Shown: piece after piece, positions 61,666 through 64,000 of the stretch
Layout: the number at the start of each line of letters is the position of its first letter
Numbering within the stretch: the first letter of the stretch is position 1
Source: Promethearchaeota archaeon
GTDB taxonomy: Archaea > Asgardarchaeota > Lokiarchaeia > Sigyniarchaeales > SOKP01
NCBI GenBank assembly: GCA_019058365.1
Contig: JAHPZE010000014.1
Coordinates: 46,040-110,039, forward strand
Length of the DNA stretch: 64,000 nucleotides
Direction of reading: 5' to 3'
Notes under the pieces: model-generated
Told to the model about the DNA's origin: nothing
Seen by the model: only the letters and a program-made list of their open reading frames with translations
Database searches by the model: none
Translations under genes and position numbers: made by a program

Positions 61666-62181
61666 TTATTGAAATTCAACACGTGTAATATTACCAGTTA
61701 ATTCATAAATCAATTCTTCAAGTTCCTCTTTAGTAAACAAAATTTTTTCCTTATCATCTTCCCAAAGTACTGCTCTAAATTGAACATCTCCAGTAGCTAA
61801 GAATATTTCATTAAGGGATAAAAGTTTGTATGGTGCAATTAACGCCTCCACAACTGGACGAGGTTTATTTGTTTTTTCAATAAAAATTAGTTCATCAATC
61901 TCATATGTTTCTTTAATCCATGCAACCAAATCGGGAGTTATTTTCAATTTATCTTTTCTCCCAACTACTAATATTATTAGATCTTCATAATCAATAGCCT
62001 TATAAAATGAAATATCTTTTAGAAAAGCAAATTTTTCTTCTTGTTCCTCTAATTGAATTAAATTTTTTGCCAAATCAATTTCAAATTCCGTTATTTCTCC
62101 CGCGTCCAACCTAGCCTGACAATTGGTACATAAAAAACCAGAATTTATACATGTTTTATCTGCTGGAAGAACTTTCATCAA
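61666..62181 (-). CDS. Archaeal NusA-like protein with N-terminal Cys cluster
   Basis: CINSGFLCTNC..GEITEFE; located next to pth2-truD. Confidence 0.65.
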   Translation of the reverse strand: MMKVLPADKTCINSGFLCTNCQARLDAGEITEFEIDLAKNLIQLEEQEEKFAFLKDISFYKAIDYEDLIILVVGRKDKLKITPDLVAWIKETYEIDELIFIEKTNKPRPVVEALIAPYKLLSLNEIFLATGDVQFRAVLWEDDKEKILFTKEELEELIYELTGNITRVEFQ

Positions 62182-62598
62182 CTATAACCCAGATTTAGTG
62201 TTTCATGTTTTATATATTTCTAAAATATCCTAATGAATTATGGTATTCTAATTGATATCTATTAAAAATAGTTAATTAATCTTTTCCTAAAGATTCTTAA
62301 ATTTTATTTTTAAAAAGAATCAGTTCCTAAAAATTAAATTCATACAATTTTAGAATATTCAGTTATTTCCAACGAGATTAATTATGTTATATTTAAAAAA
62401 TGTATTAATTTTACCAGAGTATGCTCTTATCTAAACAAATTTAAATACAAACCGTAAATAAGTTGAAAATATTAAATATTTAAATAGATTCTATGATTAA
62501 ATATATTTTAATGAATATCCATTCATTCATATAGTTAAAAATAAAATATTTTTACCGTTTTAGAATATGAAATTTTATTCATATGTGAGGGTTGAAAA

Positions 62599-64000
62599 AT
62601 GAAAGAAAGTTTTGGCAAAAAGAGGTTAATGTTAAGTTTTTGCATTATCTCTTTATTAATCGTGTTTTCTTTTAATTCGGGGATTTCAAAAAGATGTAAT
62701 CATAATTTAAATAAGTATTTTGAACAGTACGCACAAGTGGAACTACAAGCTCCTGAGGACTTTACAACTCTATATGATAGTGATCCAGTTGGACCATATT
62801 CACTTACTGGTGATTGGGATTATGTTGGTAAAGTTTGGCAAGACTGGAATCATTGGACAGTGTGCGCGGTTAGACCAAGTGCTACCGCAGATGTAAGGTT
62901 AGAGTATTATGAGGGTGAATATTTTGGAGTTCCAGAGGATCTCAGAGTACAGGCAGATTCATATGGTAATGGGGGTGTAGAATGGGTTCTATATCATGGT
63001 ATAAATAGCCCTTCTGCTACTAATATTTGGGGTCAAAATTTGGCATGGGATTATCCAGAGGTAGATCATTTAGGTGGGAGTTCAGGTTATTACTACTTCG
63101 AATATGAAGATGCTGCTACTCTTATAACAAGCAGCAATGCGTATTATTATGGGGTTCTCCCTAATGAAATTATTGACGCATTTACAGTACATTTGTATTC
63201 AGGTACTCAATATGTATTCGCTATTACAATGGATACTTGGCCTAATGCAGGGGCGGATTATAGGCTTTTTCTATATGGAAGTTTTACTAATACTGCTAAT
63301 GAAGTAGGTGGCTACAAATCAAGTTCAGGTATATCATTAGATACTGATTATGGGTATAGTCAGTTTATATACACCCCTTCTACAACTGGATATTATTGCT
63401 TCTTGATTTTTTTCAGCGATTTTGGAACATCAAATTATTATTGGTACTATTTTGGATATGATGCAACTGATCCTGTCATAAATAATGTCTCTGATCCCCC
63501 AAATAAAGTATTTCAAGGGGAAACAGTAACTGTAACTGCTGACATAACTGATTCTACCGCTCTCTCAAGAACTTATTTGCGTTATAGTGTAGATTATAGC
63601 CCTTGGAATTTAATAGAAATGTCTTATATAGGTGGTGATACTTATCAAGGAATAATACCTACTCAGCTCGGTGAGGTTCAAGTAGATTACTCTATTGTTG
63701 GTATAGATTACGCAGGTAATGAGAGAACATCATCTCTTAAATCATATAATGTAATTCTGGATAATGATGGGGATAAAATAGATGATAATTGGGAGACTGC
63801 AAATGGATTAGATCCAACTAATTCTGCTGATGCTTTAATGGATTTTGATTCTGATACTTTAATAAATAGGGAAGAGTATAATCATGGAACCGACCCAAAC
63901 GACGATGATACTGATGATGATGGGTTAAATGATGGTGATGAGGTGAACACTTATAGTACCGATCCTAATGATTCTGATAGTGATGATGATGGGTTAAATG
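62599..64000 (+). CDS. Secreted/surface protein with TSP3-like Ca-binding repeats; runs off window edge
   Basis: GAGGG SD then ATG 62599; MKESFGKKRLMLSFCIISLLIVFSF signal; C-terminal DNDGDKIDDNWE, DTDDDGLNDGDE, DSDDDGLN repeats (not in ORF track). Confidence 0.8.
   Translation, partial: MKESFGKKRLMLSFCIISLLIVFSFNSGISKRCNHNLNKYFEQYAQVELQAPEDFTTLYDSDPVGPYSLTGDWDYVGKVWQDWNHWTVCAVRPSATADVRLEYYEGEYFGVPEDLRVQADSYGNGGVEWVLYHGINSPSATNIWGQNLAWDYPEVDHLGGSSGYYYFEYEDAATLITSSNAYYYGVLPNEIIDAFTVHLYSGTQYVFAITMDTWPNAGADYRLFLYGSFTNTANEVGGYKSSSGISLDTDYGYSQFIYTPSTTGYYCFLIFFSDFGTSNYYWYYFGYDATDPVINNVSDPPNKVFQGETVTVTADITDSTALSRTYLRYSVDYSPWNLIEMSYIGGDTYQGIIPTQLGEVQVDYSIVGIDYAGNERTSSLKSYNVILDNDGDKIDDNWETANGLDPTNSADALMDFDSDTLINREEYNHGTDPNDDDTDDDGLNDGDEVNTYSTDPNDSDSDDDGLN

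Overview
AT-rich archaeal chromosome segment, most likely an Asgard archaeon of the Lokiarchaeia/Promethearchaeota type. The assignment rests on archaeal-type GluRS, ThrRS, AspRS, Pth2, TruD, RibK/RibL and Alba genes together with eukaryotic-signature-like proteins (Rab-like GTPase, longin-wHTH protein, Rpn11/CSN5-like JAMM protein, PCI-like domain, translin). Most of the window is housekeeping and metabolic genes. Four things stand out. (1) A 2206-aa single-pass membrane protein with six extracellular beta-helix modules and a cytoplasmic TIR domain, i.e. a Toll-like-receptor-like layout, with signs of recent repeat expansion and homogenisation (8898-15518). (2) A candidate ~490-nt structured non-coding RNA with its own TATA box, an 11-bp terminal helix and an oligo-T terminator (54710-55200). 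(3) A tRNA-Arg(GCG) with a 30-nt T-loop intron. (4) At least two genes whose conserved N-termini seem to require ATT/ATA start codons. All family assignments are from motif recognition by eye; no database searches were run.
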